Assembly (NCBI GenBank): GCA_049509155.1
Contig: JBELAE010000001.1
Location: 1-61,292 of the forward strand
Direction of reading: 5' to 3'
DNA: 61,292 nucleotides
Origin: Candidatus Sulfotelmatobacter sp.
Lineage (GTDB): Bacteria; Acidobacteriota; Terriglobia; Terriglobales; Acidobacteriaceae
Shown: one piece after another, positions 39,167 to 50,269 of the stretch
Numbering within the stretch: the first letter of the stretch is position 1
Layout: each line of letters begins with the position of its first letter
Position numbers and translations under genes: made by a program
Notes under the pieces: generated by a model
Database searches by the model: none
The model's input: the letters and a program-made list of their open reading frames with translations, nothing else
What the model was told of the DNA's origin: nothing

Positions 39167-40107
39167 CGGACGACCTCTTCACTCCCGATCAAATACTCGT
39201 ACACCGAAAGCACATCGTCGTCCGCCGGCGCGATCGATTCAATCTCGATCCGGCTTCCATTCACAGCCAGCTCGTTCAGCGCCAGGTAGAATCCGTCCGC
39301 ATCCCGCGTCTTGAGCAGCAATCCTTTTTCGTCCTTGTGGATGGTGATCTCCAGCGTGTGCTCGTCTTGCAACATTTTCGCGGCCAGCTCGCGCGGCCGG
39401 GTGCAGCGGACCAGGATCTGCGTGGGATGCTCTTGAATCTCTCCCCGCACGGTTTGAATCTGGCCCTCCGCCACCACATAGCCGTTGCTCAGCAGGATGA
39501 CCTGATCGGAAATGACATCCACTTCGTGCAGAATGTGGCTGGAAATAATCACATAGCATCCTTGCTCGGCAGTCGCGCGGAATAGCGCAATCATTTCCGA
39601 GCGGGCCAGCGGATCGAGTCCATTCAGTGGTTCGTCGAGCACCAGCACTTTCGGATCGTGAGCCAGCGCCTGCGCCAGCCGGATTCTCTGCCGCATTCCC
39701 TTGCTATAGGCCGCAACGCTTCGCCTCGCTGCGTCGACCAGGTTCACGCGCTCGATAGCCCGCCACGCCATCTGTTCTGCGCTTTGCGAGTCCCTGCCCG
39801 ATAGCCGCAAATAGGAATACAGAAACTGAAATCCTGTCAGACCTTTCGGGAACGCATCGAATTGCGTCGAGTAGCCGACGATTCTGAACAAGTTTTCCGG
39901 ATCGTCGGTCTTGTAGTCGAGTACCTGAATCCGTCCACGCGTCGGCCTTACCAGGCCCGTCATCAGGTTCATTAGCGTAGTCTTGCCTGAACCGTTTGGT
40001 CCCACCAGGCTAGTGATCCCGGGCGGAATCGAGAGATTCACCCGGTTCACGCCGAGGATCTCGCCATAGAACTTCGACACGTCTTCGAAGACGATGCGAT
40101 CTTTCAT
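39163..40107 (-). CDS. ABC transporter ATP-binding protein
   Basis: Walker [10 protein letters not shown], signature [15 protein letters not shown] and Walker [13 protein letters not shown]. Confidence 0.9.
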   Translation of the reverse strand: MKDRIVFEDVSKFYGEILGVNRVNLSIPPGITSLVGPNGSGKTTLMNLMTGLVRPTRGRIQVLDYKTDDPENLFRIVGYSTQFDAFPKGLTGFQFLYSYLRLSGRDSQSAEQMAWRAIERVNLVDAARRSVAAYSKGMRQRIRLAQALAHDPKVLVLDEPLNGLDPLARSEMIALFRATAEQGCYVIISSHILHEVDVISDQVILLSNGYVVAEGQIQTVRGEIQEHPTQILVRCTRPRELAAKMLQDEHTLEITIHKDEKGLLLKTRDADGFYLALNELAVNGSRIEIESIAPADDDVLSVYEYLIGSEEVVR

Positions 40108-40146
40108 TTGGGAAAGCTCAATGAATCACCCTCACTCGATAACCGG

Positions 40147-41004
40147 TCACTTGATCACCTCATAGGCGCGCACCTTGCGCATCAGCAGCCAGAGGCAGAC
40201 GGCGCAGTAAAAGAGCAAAGCGATCCAGGCCTGGGCGACCGGAATCGCATGTTCCGCATCCACCTGGAACAGCGCATTCCAGACCGTCCCCATCAAATAG
40301 GCAAGATCAATAAAATGACCCGACTCGGTTCGCATGACCGCGTTGATGGCTTGTGCGAAGCCGGCGCCAAAGAACATCACGCCCAGCAGCAAGGCCCCGG
40401 CGACAATTCTCCACTTAACCCACGCTGAGAGCGCCATCGCGAGCAGAGACAGAATTGCGATCCAGATCAGCGATGCGAGGAACAAGCTGCCGGCAATCCA
40501 AAGATTGGTCCACGCCCAATGCGCCCCCGCCAGGCTGGCTTGCATTACGAAGAGAATCAGCCCCGGCACCCAGGTGATCTGCGAAAGCAGAATGGCCAGC
40601 ACGGACGACTTGCCGAGCACGTACTCGATCCGCGAAAACGGCCGGCAGAAGTACAGCGGTAACGCGCCGTTGGCGAGATCCGGTGAAATCAACCCCGGTC
40701 CGGCAAAGGCCGTCAGAAGAAACGCAAAAACTCCCTGCACGCTGATGAAATGAAAGAAAAACTTATTGTCGATGGAGACAACGCCAGGTGGCACACCCAT
40801 TTGCTCAAGAAAGCCCACGCTGTGAGCCAGGTAAATCATGATGAGGCTCATCAGAGGGTAGAAGAAGCAGAGCACAAACAACGCGGTCAAAAACTTCGAA
40901 CGGAAGAGGTTCCGCCGCGAGTAGCGAAAAAGAACAAGACAGCGTGACCACGCCGGAGTCAGCTTCCCCGCATACAGTTTGTAGTTACGCCGGTAAACAG
41001 CCAC
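40147..41004 (-). CDS. ABC-2-type transporter permease
   Basis: 285 aa, six predicted hydrophobic spans, positioned between two ABC ATPase genes. Confidence 0.65.
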   Translation of the reverse strand: MAVYRRNYKLYAGKLTPAWSRCLVLFRYSRRNLFRSKFLTALFVLCFFYPLMSLIMIYLAHSVGFLEQMGVPPGVVSIDNKFFFHFISVQGVFAFLLTAFAGPGLISPDLANGALPLYFCRPFSRIEYVLGKSSVLAILLSQITWVPGLILFVMQASLAGAHWAWTNLWIAGSLFLASLIWIAILSLLAMALSAWVKWRIVAGALLLGVMFFGAGFAQAINAVMRTESGHFIDLAYLMGTVWNALFQVDAEHAIPVAQAWIALLFYCAVCLWLLMRKVRAYEVIK

Positions 41005-41081
41005 TCATGCTCCCCGCCACGGTGTCGAGCTCGGCTGGTCAGCGTTCAACACTCCATACGCCAACTGTCAGCTCGCAGCTT

Positions 41082-42068
41082 TCAGCTCTCCATGGCCTTC
41101 AGAAAAATGTCTTCGAGCGTGTCGCGCCGGAAATTCATCCGCCGGATGCGAACCTGGCGTTCCGCCGCCAGGCGGAAAATGTCGCGCGTCTCAACTCCAT
41201 CCGCCAGGATCATCTTCATGCGGTTCGCGATCACCGCGCATTCACATCCGAGTTTTTCGATCGCTTCCGTGAAATCCCCGTTCGCGCCATAGGTCTCCAG
41301 CTCCAGGAATCGTTTGTTGGCGCGGCGCTCTTCTTCCAGGTTCGAATAATGCGCGATTCGCCCCTGTTTCAGAATCAGAACCTCGTCGCAGGTATCTTCC
41401 ACATCGCGCAGCAGGTGCGAGCACAACACAATACGCATCTCCTTACCGTCGCGAATGTCGCGAATCATCCGAATCATTCGCTGCCGCGCCGAAGGGTCCA
41501 ACCCATTTGTCGGCTCGTCGAGTATCAGCACTTTCGGCCCGTGGACAATCGCCTGCGCCAGCTTCGCCAGCTGTTTCATCCCCAGCGAATAGGTCCCCAA
41601 CTGCCGGTAACGCGCCTCCGCCAATCCCACGTAGAACAACGCCTCGTGCGCCCGTTCCAGCGCCATGTCCGGAGGCAAGCCCGAAAGTTCTCCCATCATC
41701 TGCACGAATGAAACCGCGCTCATCTTCGAGATGAACGCGTCATTCTCCGGCATGTAGCCGACCACGCCGCGAATTTTTCCGATTTCCGTTCCCACGTCGT
41801 ACCCAAAGACACGCGCCGAGCCCGCACAGGATTTATAGAAACCAAGGAGGGTATTGATTAGCGTGGATTTGCCCGCGCCATTCGGACCCAGCAAGCCGAT
41901 CGAGCGCCCGCGCAACGAAGCCGTAAGACCGTTCAGGATATCCCGGTTGCCAAAGCGAACCGAAAGACCCTGCAGTTCAATGAGCGGCAAGAGCGGAGCG
42001 GCAGCCGGCGCTTGCATCATCTGGCCGTCTGCCGCTCCCGGTTGTGTTGTCGTACTCGTTGTGCTCAT
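41082..42068 (-). CDS. ABC transporter ATP-binding protein
   Basis: Walker [10 protein letters not shown], signature [15 protein letters not shown] and Walker [13 protein letters not shown]. Its start overlaps the anti-sigma stop by 4 nt. Confidence 0.9.
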   Translation of the reverse strand: MSTTSTTTQPGAADGQMMQAPAAAPLLPLIELQGLSVRFGNRDILNGLTASLRGRSIGLLGPNGAGKSTLINTLLGFYKSCAGSARVFGYDVGTEIGKIRGVVGYMPENDAFISKMSAVSFVQMMGELSGLPPDMALERAHEALFYVGLAEARYRQLGTYSLGMKQLAKLAQAIVHGPKVLILDEPTNGLDPSARQRMIRMIRDIRDGKEMRIVLCSHLLRDVEDTCDEVLILKQGRIAHYSNLEEERRANKRFLELETYGANGDFTEAIEKLGCECAVIANRMKMILADGVETRDIFRLAAERQVRIRRMNFRRDTLEDIFLKAMES

Positions 42069-44689
42069 TGCGCAGGTGAAGTATGGTTCAGCGCCCCGGC
42101 CAGGAACATCTGCGGCAGGAACAGTCCATTATTGCCCATCGTCAACAGAGTGCCCAGGTCAAAACCCATGAAGCCGGTGTTGGTCGCCACCACGATCCGG
42201 TCCGGCTCGCCGTACGCATAAATCAGACCGGGCGCGGAGTTCGCCGTGAGCGCGTCCACCGACTGCTGCTGGCGCGGGTTCAGTGCTCCGCTGGCTTTCA
42301 GTTGTTCAGCGAGCGGGCCCACGACCGGGCCGAGGTTGTGGTAGAAGATCGCCGAAAAATTCGTGTAGCCGTCATTCGGCAGCAGCGCCTGAAAGCCGGC
42401 CGAATGCGCCAGTGTGTATCCCGCCTCGCGCGATTGAATCGCCCGTGAGATGGTGGCCACATCCGGTGCGGCGATCAGATAGTTGTCGACAAATGTGTAG
42501 TCAATTTCGAAGTTCGGCTTGTTCGGACTGCTGATCACGAAGTAAGTTCGGGAACCCGCCTGCCGCTGCGTCAACTGCAGCTGTTGCCCTTCCGCTCCCG
42601 TCTCCCGATTGAAACTCTCGAGCAGCTTCCCGATCGTCGACTGCAAGGTCGTCGGATCATACACTTCCAGGATAAATTTCCATCGAGGAGCGGGCAGCAC
42701 CGGCCCATCGAACGCCATCGTGACTTCGCCGCCCAGGGGTGCGGTGATGTCGTTTAGCACGCTCACGCCGGTCTTGGCCTCGAAGTCGGCCAGATGCTGC
42801 GTGAAGTCCGGGTTACCACTCCCGATCATCTTGAACATCTCTTCCATGATGGTTCTCGGATTCTTGATGACCGCCGACGTCACCATGCTGGCGTCCGGCG
42901 AAACAAACTCGAGCGATCCCATCGACGCCGGCGCTGCCAGCCACGATGCCACGCCTTGCCGTTCCGACGCGAAGAGCAAGTCGGCATGGCTCTCAGTCTT
43001 CCCGCCCACTTCCCGGTGTTCCATCGTCAGGTAACGCACGTCCCCGATCCCTGGCGGCAGGTGGTTACCTGCTTCTACGTGCTGCGCGACAATTTGTTCC
43101 ATGTCCGCGCAGAAAAGCCATTCCGCCCCTTGCTGATAGGAGCGGGTAATCTGCTGGTAAAACCTGGTTCCGGTGAATGCGGAGGTGTCGCCTTCCTTGA
43201 CGCGCGTTGCCGCCTTCTGCAGTTCCCCCAGATCTGGACTCGCGATCAGCAGATCGTTGCTCACATAGACCAGCAGTGGCCTTCCGGCAACAGGCGTAGC
43301 CAACGCCGGGTTCGGGATGGTCTGCAGAGCAGTTTGAGTTTGCAGAAAAGTCTCCAGCCCACCCTGCTTCACTCGCGCCAGCACGACCGGGGCGAAGTAT
43401 TGCGTTCCTTCCTTCGCCACGGCAAACACGACCTCATCCCCCAGATAGCTGCTGAACGTCTTCACCTGGTTCAGCACGTCTTCCAGCTTCGGTCCATTTC
43501 CCTTTTGTTGTTGCTTCCACCAATTGCGTAGTTCCGGGCTTTGCTGCAGCCGTTCCTGGAAGAGCCGGCTGGCTTCCCCCAAGGTGTTGGTGAGGTTCGG
43601 AATCGCCGCGTAGAGCACGGTGTGTTCCGGAACGTAGGGCAGAAGATCGGAACTGTAGCGCAATCCCGGCCCCGGAATCGCGGCAAACTGTTTCTGCAGC
43701 ACCGCAAAGTCGCCCAGCAGCGCAAGGTATTTCGCGGAGTTCTTGCTCCACGCGATCTCGCTCTGGATCGGGACTTTCGACACGCTGGCGTTGGAAGTCG
43801 CTTCGTCTCCAGCATGCAGATCGGCCGTGCTGTCGCCGTAGTCCACGTGCACCACGCCTTCAATCACGGCCACGCGCGAGCCCTTGGTCCCGTGGTTTAC
43901 GGAAAAGATTGTTCCTTTTACTGAAACCAGGCCATCATCGGTCGCAACATAGAGCCTGCCCGTCCGCTGCTTGGCTGCCTGCACAATGACCTGACCGCCA
44001 TCCAGATGAATGGTCGTGCCCTTCCATGCCCGCGACACCGAAAGATCAGAGCGCTCGCCCATCTCGACCAGCGAGCCGTCGAGCAGCCGCACCACTGCGG
44101 TCGATCCCTTTGCCGTGCGGATCTCTTCTCCATTCCTGATCTCATACCCAACCGGAATCACGCGCATTTCCGCGCCCGCCCCGGCATAGAGCGAGCCGTC
44201 GACCGTCTGCACCGCAGCCCGTACCGAGTGCTGACCGGGAAGCAGTCCATTGCTGAACCCGACCACCCCTACCGCCGCGACGAGAACTGCAGCAGCACTC
44301 ATGGCCCAGCCCCATGCGTTCGAACTAAAGATCGACCTGCCACCGGAACTAGAAGCGGATGGACGCTTCGTCTTGAGCTGCAAAACCGTTTGCGGCTCTC
44401 CCTCCCGAGCGTGCTCCAGCGCATGCCGGCAAGCGACGCAACCATGTACGTGATCGTTAAACAGCATGGCCCGAGCCGGCGCGAGCTGATTCTCGAGATA
44501 TCCTGGAATCAGAGCCTGAAAATCCGCGCAGCTTCGCAGCGTGTGCGCGTTGAGGTTCGTGGTGAGGTCGGGCGCGGGAGCGGCGGTAATCGACTTCCAG
44601 ACCCGCTCGCCAGCCTGCGCAACCACTTGGTCCTCCACTGGTTCATTCCGAATTGCCGCCAGCAAACGGTCAAACTTTTCATTCATCAT
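42065..44689 (-). CDS. Anti-sigma factor: zf-HC2, TM segment, FecR-like domain and a large (about 550 aa) extracytoplasmic domain of unknown function
   Basis: ORF 42065..44704. The ATG at 44689 lies 7 nt after GAGGAG. The zinc motif is [12 protein letters not shown], the TM segment is [20 protein letters not shown], and the FecR-like part is [19 protein letters not shown]...GTIFSVNH. Confidence 0.75.
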   Translation of the reverse strand: MMNEKFDRLLAAIRNEPVEDQVVAQAGERVWKSITAAPAPDLTTNLNAHTLRSCADFQALIPGYLENQLAPARAMLFNDHVHGCVACRHALEHAREGEPQTVLQLKTKRPSASSSGGRSIFSSNAWGWAMSAAAVLVAAVGVVGFSNGLLPGQHSVRAAVQTVDGSLYAGAGAEMRVIPVGYEIRNGEEIRTAKGSTAVVRLLDGSLVEMGERSDLSVSRAWKGTTIHLDGGQVIVQAAKQRTGRLYVATDDGLVSVKGTIFSVNHGTKGSRVAVIEGVVHVDYGDSTADLHAGDEATSNASVSKVPIQSEIAWSKNSAKYLALLGDFAVLQKQFAAIPGPGLRYSSDLLPYVPEHTVLYAAIPNLTNTLGEASRLFQERLQQSPELRNWWKQQQKGNGPKLEDVLNQVKTFSSYLGDEVVFAVAKEGTQYFAPVVLARVKQGGLETFLQTQTALQTIPNPALATPVAGRPLLVYVSNDLLIASPDLGELQKAATRVKEGDTSAFTGTRFYQQITRSYQQGAEWLFCADMEQIVAQHVEAGNHLPPGIGDVRYLTMEHREVGGKTESHADLLFASERQGVASWLAAPASMGSLEFVSPDASMVTSAVIKNPRTIMEEMFKMIGSGNPDFTQHLADFEAKTGVSVLNDITAPLGGEVTMAFDGPVLPAPRWKFILEVYDPTTLQSTIGKLLESFNRETGAEGQQLQLTQRQAGSRTYFVISSPNKPNFEIDYTFVDNYLIAAPDVATISRAIQSREAGYTLAHSAGFQALLPNDGYTNFSAIFYHNLGPVVGPLAEQLKASGALNPRQQQSVDALTANSAPGLIYAYGEPDRIVVATNTGFMGFDLGTLLTMGNNGLFLPQMFLAGALNHTSPAQ

Positions 44690-44764
44690 GGCTTGTCTCC
44701 TCAATGCCCGCTAATTCCCGTTAATAAATGTCCGCCCATCAATTCGAAACTAAATCGGTTCGCG

Positions 44765-45394
44765 CTAATCCGTGTTCGTCAATCGATATGCGCCAAGCTG
44801 CCTGCGGAGTTGTTGCCGTGCACGAAAGACGATCACCGCCACCAGCACCTGCGAAATATCAAGCATCCGCGCAATCTGCAGATTGGTGAAGCCCTCCAGA
44901 AAGCGCAGCGCAAAGATTTCTGCCGCCCGCGGCTTGAGCTGCGCCAGCGCCCGCCTCAGCGCTAAACGTAGCTCGCGCGGGTCGTTGTGCGGGTAACCGT
45001 GCGGGTTATCGTGCGCCGGCTCCGCCGGCAGGTCCGTGAGTCCCACGGTGCGATCGCTCTGCCGCGATCGGATCACATCCACGGCGGCGTTGATCGCCGC
45101 CCGCCGCAGGTAGCTCTCTTCATTTTCCAGAACGTCATTCTTCAACGCATGATTCGCCAGCCCATCCGCACTCGCCGACCGGCGGAACAGCCGCAGAAAT
45201 ACCGTCTGCGACACGTCCTCGGCATCCGCGGCGTTGCCCGTGATCCGGTACGCCGTGCGGAATACCAGGCCATGATGCGCCCGAAATACCCGCTCGAATT
45301 CGCTCGGGATTACGATTGCCGGTTCCTCTGCCAATGCCAATGCGCTTTGCAGGGTACGCCTCCCGTTGCTTTCTTTCACCACTAAAGACGGCAA
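44765..45394 (-). CDS. ECF-type RNA polymerase sigma-70 family factor (start uncertain)
   Basis: Region 2 (FERVFRAHHGLVFRTAYRITGNAADAEDVSQTVFLRL) and region 4 (AEIFALRFLEGFTNLQIARMLDISQVLVAVIVFRARQQLR). Confidence 0.85.
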   Translation of the reverse strand: MPSLVVKESNGRRTLQSALALAEEPAIVIPSEFERVFRAHHGLVFRTAYRITGNAADAEDVSQTVFLRLFRRSASADGLANHALKNDVLENEESYLRRAAINAAVDVIRSRQSDRTVGLTDLPAEPAHDNPHGYPHNDPRELRLALRRALAQLKPRAAEIFALRFLEGFTNLQIARMLDISQVLVAVIVFRARQQLRRQLGAYRLTNTD

Positions 45395-45511
45395 CGGGGA
45401 CGAGTTATTACAGTCCTCACGCCTTTTTATTTTGAGCCGAGAAGACGCGGCTTGCCTGCGGCGCGGGCTGCAAGCTGTATCATATTCGGGATTAACGAGT
45501 TAGCCGCAATC

Positions 45512-46612
45512 ATGGCGAAACTGATCATCAAATCAAAACGCGACTGCATGTGGGACGTGGTCAGCTTGGGCGAAGTTATGTTGCGCCTCGACCCAGGAGA
45601 CGAGCGCATCTCCACCACCCGCCACTTCCGCGCCTGGGAAGGCGGCGGAGAATATAACGTAGCTCGCGGCCTGAAACGCTGCTTTGGCATGGACGCCGCA
45701 ATCGTCACCGCGCTCGCCGACAATCCCGTGGGCCGCCTGGTGGAAGACCTCATGCTGCAAGGCGGCGTCAGCCAGAAATACGTTCGCTGGGCGCCGTTCG
45801 ACGGAGTCGGCCGCACCTTGCGCAACGGATTGAATTTCACCGAGCGCGGTTTCGGCATTCGCCCCGCCCTCGGTTGTTCGGACCGCGGACACACCGCAAT
45901 CTCACAACTGAAACCAGGTGAGATTGACTGGGACCAGATTTTTTCAAAAGACGGAGCCCGCTGGTTTCACGCCGGAGGAATTTTCTGCGCCCTTTCGGAA
46001 ACCACGCCACTCGTAGCTCAGGAAGCGATGGAAGCCGCCAAGCGCGCCGGCACCGTAGTCTCCTACGATCTGAATTACCGCCCGTCGCTGTGGAAGTCGA
46101 TTGGCGGAAAAGCGAAAGCGCAAGAAGTCAACCGCCGTCTGGCTCCGTTGGTCGACGTGATGCTCGGCAACGAAGAGGATTTCACCGCCGCCCTGGGCTT
46201 TCCCGTCTCCGGCCTGGACGAACACCACTCCACGCTGGAAAGTTCTGGGTTCAAGAAAATGATCGAAACGGTGGTGAAGGAATATCCCACGCTGGCGGTG
46301 ATCGCCACGACTCTTCGCCATGCAAAAACGGCGACGCTCAACGATTGGGCAGCCCTGTGCTACTGCGATGGCAGCTTTTATGAAGCGCCCACGCGGGAGA
46401 ATCTCGAAATCTACGACCGCGTCGGAGGCGGTGACTCTTTCGCTTCCGGGTTGATTTACGGATTTCTCTCCGGGAAAGATCCGCAGTGGTCGGTCGAATG
46501 CGGCGCAGCGCACGGCGCGCTCGCCATGACCACGCCCGGCGACACCACCATGGCAACGCTCGCGGAAGTTCTACAGGCTATGAAATCTCGAACCGCCCGC
46601 ATCGAACGATAA
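45512..46612 (+). CDS. kdgK: PfkB-family sugar kinase, probable 2-dehydro-3-deoxygluconokinase
   Basis: ORF 45452..46612; I prefer the ATG at 45512. Motifs: GEVMLRLDP, GGGEYNVARGL and the PfkB signature DRVGGGDSFASGLIYG. It is followed by eda. Confidence 0.7.
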   Translation: MAKLIIKSKRDCMWDVVSLGEVMLRLDPGDERISTTRHFRAWEGGGEYNVARGLKRCFGMDAAIVTALADNPVGRLVEDLMLQGGVSQKYVRWAPFDGVGRTLRNGLNFTERGFGIRPALGCSDRGHTAISQLKPGEIDWDQIFSKDGARWFHAGGIFCALSETTPLVAQEAMEAAKRAGTVVSYDLNYRPSLWKSIGGKAKAQEVNRRLAPLVDVMLGNEEDFTAALGFPVSGLDEHHSTLESSGFKKMIETVVKEYPTLAVIATTLRHAKTATLNDWAALCYCDGSFYEAPTRENLEIYDRVGGGDSFASGLIYGFLSGKDPQWSVECGAAHGALAMTTPGDTTMATLAEVLQAMKSRTARIER

Positions 46613-46634
46613 GAGTAAAACGATACGAACGACT

Positions 46635-47306
46635 ATGACCATTGACGACGTAATTCGCAGGATCGAAGAAGTTGGAATCATTCCCGTCGTGCGCGCAGCC
46701 AGCGTTGATGAGGCCACCCGCGCCGTGGAAGCGATCCGCGCCGCCGGCATTCCCGTGGTCGAAATCACCATGACCGTTCCTAACGCCGTTTCGGTCATCC
46801 GCGAAGTTGCCCAGCAGCACGGCGACAAAGTTCTCATCGGAGCGGGCACGGTAATCACTGCCGAACAGGCGGAGTCCTGCCTGCGTGCGGGAGCCGAGTT
46901 CCTGGTAAGTCCGGGCTTGTCGGCGGCGGTTCTCTCGGTCGCGCGAGTCGCAGAGAAATTGGCGATCCCAGGAGCTCTTACTCCCACCGAACTGATGAAT
47001 GCTTATGCGCACGGCGCGCGCCTGGTCAAGATTTTTCCGTGCGGAAACGTAGGCGGGCCGAAATATCTGAAGTCACTCAAGGGTCCCTTCCCGAACGCCT
47101 TGTTGATTCCAACCGGAGGTGTAAATGCTTCGAATGCCGCCGACTTCATCGCTGCGGGCGCGTTCGCTTTAGGAGTAGGGGCCGACCTCGTCGACACAAA
47201 GGCGTTGCGCGAGGGAAATCTACAGAAAATCATTTCGGCCGCCCGGGAATTGGTGCACGCCGTCAACACCGCGCGTGCCGCGCTCCGCGAGAGCAAAGCT
47301 CACTAG
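46635..47306 (+). CDS. eda: KDPG / 4-hydroxy-2-oxoglutarate aldolase
   Basis: Motifs: IIPVVRA, GIPVVEITMT, GAGTVIT, FLVSPG, the lysine region VKIFPC and IPTGGV. Confidence 0.85.
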   Translation: MTIDDVIRRIEEVGIIPVVRAASVDEATRAVEAIRAAGIPVVEITMTVPNAVSVIREVAQQHGDKVLIGAGTVITAEQAESCLRAGAEFLVSPGLSAAVLSVARVAEKLAIPGALTPTELMNAYAHGARLVKIFPCGNVGGPKYLKSLKGPFPNALLIPTGGVNASNAADFIAAGAFALGVGADLVDTKALREGNLQKIISAARELVHAVNTARAALRESKAH

Positions 47307-47328
47307 CATTTCGTGGATTCAAAATGCC

Positions 47329-48105
47329 TTACTGATTCACGCCGCTCGCCAGAACCCCACCATCTACCGGGAGTATTGTTCCCGTGACAAAACTGGCGGC
47401 GTCGGAGGCGAGGAAAACTGCGGCGCCCACCAGTTCTTCCAACTCGCCAAACCGTTTCATCGGAGTTCGCATCAGCACTTCATCTCCGCGGCCGGTGCCA
47501 ACCAGTAATTTTTCGCTGAGCGGAGTGCGGAAATATCCCGGCGCAATCGCGTTGACGCAGATTCCATGTTTAGCCCACTCCACAGCGAGCGACTTAGTCA
47601 GCGACGCCAATCCCGACTTGCTCGCGGAGTACGCAGCCACTTCAAACAGCGCTAGAAAAGTACCCATGGACGCGATGTTGATAATGCGCCCGTATCGCCG
47701 CTCGATCATGTGCCGGCCGAAAACCTGGCAAGTCCGCAGCGCGCCCGTTAGATTAGTTTCCATGATCCGGTTCCAGTCGGCTTCGGAATAATCGAGCGTC
47801 GGAGCCCGCTTCGTGACCCCCGCGGCAAAGACCAGGATATCGACTTTCCCAAACGCGTCGAGACAGGCCTTCAGCAGCTTGTCCAGGGATTCGCGGTCCG
47901 CGACATCGCAAGTCACGCGCAACGACCGTCGGCCCAGAGCTTCAATCTCGTCCGCCAGATCTTTCACGAGATCGATGCGCCGCGCACTCGCAACCACGTC
48001 CGCTCCCGCCTGCGCCAGACCAAGCGCGAGCGTCCTACCAATCCCAGAGCTGCCCCCGACCACAACCGCGACCTTATCCTCGAGATCGAGCTGCTTGTAA
48101 CCCAT
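47329..48105 (-). CDS. Short-chain dehydrogenase/reductase, candidate fructuronate/mannonate oxidoreductase or KduD-like enzyme
   Basis: VVGGSSGIGRTLA (TGxxxGxG type), NIASM and YSASKSG (YxxxK). Confidence 0.75.
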   Translation of the reverse strand: MGYKQLDLEDKVAVVVGGSSGIGRTLALGLAQAGADVVASARRIDLVKDLADEIEALGRRSLRVTCDVADRESLDKLLKACLDAFGKVDILVFAAGVTKRAPTLDYSEADWNRIMETNLTGALRTCQVFGRHMIERRYGRIINIASMGTFLALFEVAAYSASKSGLASLTKSLAVEWAKHGICVNAIAPGYFRTPLSEKLLVGTGRGDEVLMRTPMKRFGELEELVGAAVFLASDAASFVTGTILPVDGGVLASGVNQ

Positions 48106-48153
48106 ATTCCCTCGAATCGTCCTTCAAAACAGAAGCCCCATAAACTACGGCAC

Positions 48154-49362
48154 CTACCAGTTAAACATGGTTCCGTCTAGTTTCCGGTTCATCGGCAGGT
48201 AAGCCCGCTCGTACGGAAACTTCGCCGCGAGCTTCTCGTCATAGTCGACGCCGAGTCCCGCCGCATCGCCCGGATGCAGGTAGCCGCTCTTGAGCGAGTA
48301 TGCGTGCGGAAACACTTCGTCCGTCTCCGGCGTGTGCCGCATGTATTCCTGAATTCCGAAATTGTTTACCGAAATGTCGAAGTGCAGCGCGGCCGCCATT
48401 GCCACCGGAGACAAATCGGTGGCACCGTGGCATCCCGTCCGCACGTGATAAATCTCCGCCAGCGCGGCGATTTTCTTCAGATGCGTCAACCCTCCGCCAT
48501 GTACCACCGTCATCCGCAGATAATCGATCAACTGTTCCTGAATGAGAATATGGGCATCCCAAACCGAATTGAAGACCTCGCCGACCGCCAGCGGCGTGGT
48601 CGTATGCTGGCGAATGATTCGGAAACCTTCCTGCAATTCGGCAGTCACCGCGTCCTCCAGCCAGAACAAGTGATACGGCTCCAGACTCTTCCCCAGCCGC
48701 GCCGCTTCAATCGGAGTGAGCCGGTGGTGAACATCGTGCAGCAGATGAAGATCGTCTCCAAACTTTAAGCGCAGAGCTTCGAAGAGCTTGGGAACCTGCA
48801 GAAGATATTTCTCGGTCGACCACACATTTTCGGGAGGCAAGCCTTTCTCGGCAGGCTCGTAATAAAGTTTGTCGTGTGCCACGCCGTAAGTGGAAGGCAG
48901 TCCCGGAATTCCCGATTGCGCGCGCACCGCAAGGTATCCCATCTCTTTATACTTCGCGACCTCCTCGGCGGTTTCTTCAATGTCGCGGCCATTCGCGTGA
49001 CCATAGACCATCACTCCGGTTCGGCTTTGTCCTCCGAGCAGGTTATAGACCGGCGTCTTCAGGGCTTTGCCCTTAATGTCCCACAGCGCCATGTCGACTG
49101 CCGCGATGGCCGTCATGGTCACGGGCCCGCGTCGCCAGTACGCGCCCCGGTACAGGTATTGCCAGACATCCTCCGTCTGGAAGGGGTCGCGGCCGATAAG
49201 ACAAGGAATCAAGTGGTCGCTCAAGTACGATGCCACGGCCAACTCCCGCCCGTTCAGAGTCGCATCCCCCAACCCGTAAACGCCTTCGTCGGTCACAATT
49301 TTCAACGTGACGAAGTTCCTTCCCGGACAACTGACGAATACTCTGGCATCCGTAATCTTCAA
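48154..49362 (-). CDS. manD: Enolase-superfamily D-mannonate dehydratase family protein (ManD/RspA-like)
   Basis: [47 protein letters not shown]... and [15 protein letters not shown] are characteristic of the ManD subgroup, as far as I recognise it. Confidence 0.7.
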   Translation of the reverse strand: MKITDARVFVSCPGRNFVTLKIVTDEGVYGLGDATLNGRELAVASYLSDHLIPCLIGRDPFQTEDVWQYLYRGAYWRRGPVTMTAIAAVDMALWDIKGKALKTPVYNLLGGQSRTGVMVYGHANGRDIEETAEEVAKYKEMGYLAVRAQSGIPGLPSTYGVAHDKLYYEPAEKGLPPENVWSTEKYLLQVPKLFEALRLKFGDDLHLLHDVHHRLTPIEAARLGKSLEPYHLFWLEDAVTAELQEGFRIIRQHTTTPLAVGEVFNSVWDAHILIQEQLIDYLRMTVVHGGGLTHLKKIAALAEIYHVRTGCHGATDLSPVAMAAALHFDISVNNFGIQEYMRHTPETDEVFPHAYSLKSGYLHPGDAAGLGVDYDEKLAAKFPYERAYLPMNRKLDGTMFNW

Positions 49363-49372
49363 CGGGGTCTCC

Positions 49373-50173
49373 TTATGCCTCCACCGAGTGTAATCGAATC
49401 TCCAGCTGAGACTGGGCGCGCAGTGCGCTCTGCAAGGCCGGACTCAGCAGCGACGCGGAATCCTGGTCTAGATAAACAATCGCATTCGGATGCCTGCGCA
49501 GAATCGATGCCGGCACCATGGGACCGATCTCGCCTTCCAGGCATGCCTTCGCTGCCGCCGCCTTGCGCTTGTCCGGAACTACCACCAGCAGCTCCTTAGC
49601 TTTCAGAATCTGGCGCGGCGACATCGAGATGGCGCGCCTCGGCACTTCCGAAATATCAGCAAACCAGCCCTCGCCCACCTGCTGCCGCCGGCAGGCCTCG
49701 TCCAGATTCACGATGATATACGGATCTTCCGTGGCGAAATCCGCCGGTGGGTCGTTGAATGCGATGTGTCCGTTCTCACCGATCCCCAGAAACGCAATGT
49801 CGATGGGTGCCGACGCCAACTGCCGACCCACACCGCGCGCCACCGCCGACGGATCAGCCGCGTCGCCCTCGATCCAGTGAAAGTCGACGATTCCGGTCTT
49901 GTTCACCAACCGCTCCATCAGAAACTTGCGGAAACTGGCGGGATGAGTCGCCGGCAAGCCGATGTACTCGTCAAGATGAAAACCCTCAATTTCAGGCCAA
50001 TCGACTCCTGGCGCTTTCGTGAGGGCGTCCAGGAACTCCAGCTGCGATACGCCGGTCGCGGCAACGATCCGAGCCTGACCGCGCTCTGCGAGGGCGCGCC
50101 GAATCGCAGTCGCAGCCTGCTCCGCGGCAGACCGGCCCAACGAGACTTTGTCCTGGAATAGACGGAGCAGCAT
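49373..50173 (-). CDS. NagB/6-phosphogluconolactonase-family sugar-phosphate isomerase/deaminase-like protein
   Basis: ORF 49373..50248; I prefer the ATG at 50173 (MLLRLFQD). Motifs: HLDEYIGL and [16 protein letters not shown] (NagB-type). Confidence 0.7.
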   Translation of the reverse strand: MLLRLFQDKVSLGRSAAEQAATAIRRALAERGQARIVAATGVSQLEFLDALTKAPGVDWPEIEGFHLDEYIGLPATHPASFRKFLMERLVNKTGIVDFHWIEGDAADPSAVARGVGRQLASAPIDIAFLGIGENGHIAFNDPPADFATEDPYIIVNLDEACRRQQVGEGWFADISEVPRRAISMSPRQILKAKELLVVVPDKRKAAAAKACLEGEIGPMVPASILRRHPNAIVYLDQDSASLLSPALQSALRAQSQLEIRLHSVEA

Positions 50174-50269
50174 GGGAGGCATTCGTCTGAGCTCGACGCG
50201 CTGAATGGTGCCCGCGAGTGTCCTCAGCAGAGCCGGGAAATTATACAAAAGGCCGGTGCAGACACGGAA

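Noticed and set aside
44690-44704. Upstream TTG start of the anti-sigma ORF (44704), and similar maximal starts at 21864, 25870, 31729, 37970, 9103 and 10169
   Set aside because: In each case an internal ATG, GTG or TTG sits at proper distance from a GGAG-type SD and yields a sensible N-terminus or signal peptide. The maximal ORF start often lies within the SD or overlaps the upstream gene.
45450-45475. Inverted repeat GCTTGC-N14-GCAAGC between the sigma gene and kdgK, considered as an operator for the uronate genes
   Set aside because: The arms are only 6 bp and GC-rich with a long spacer, there is no second copy near uxaC or the MFS gene, and no local regulator gene exists to pair it with. 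The evidence is too weak to call.
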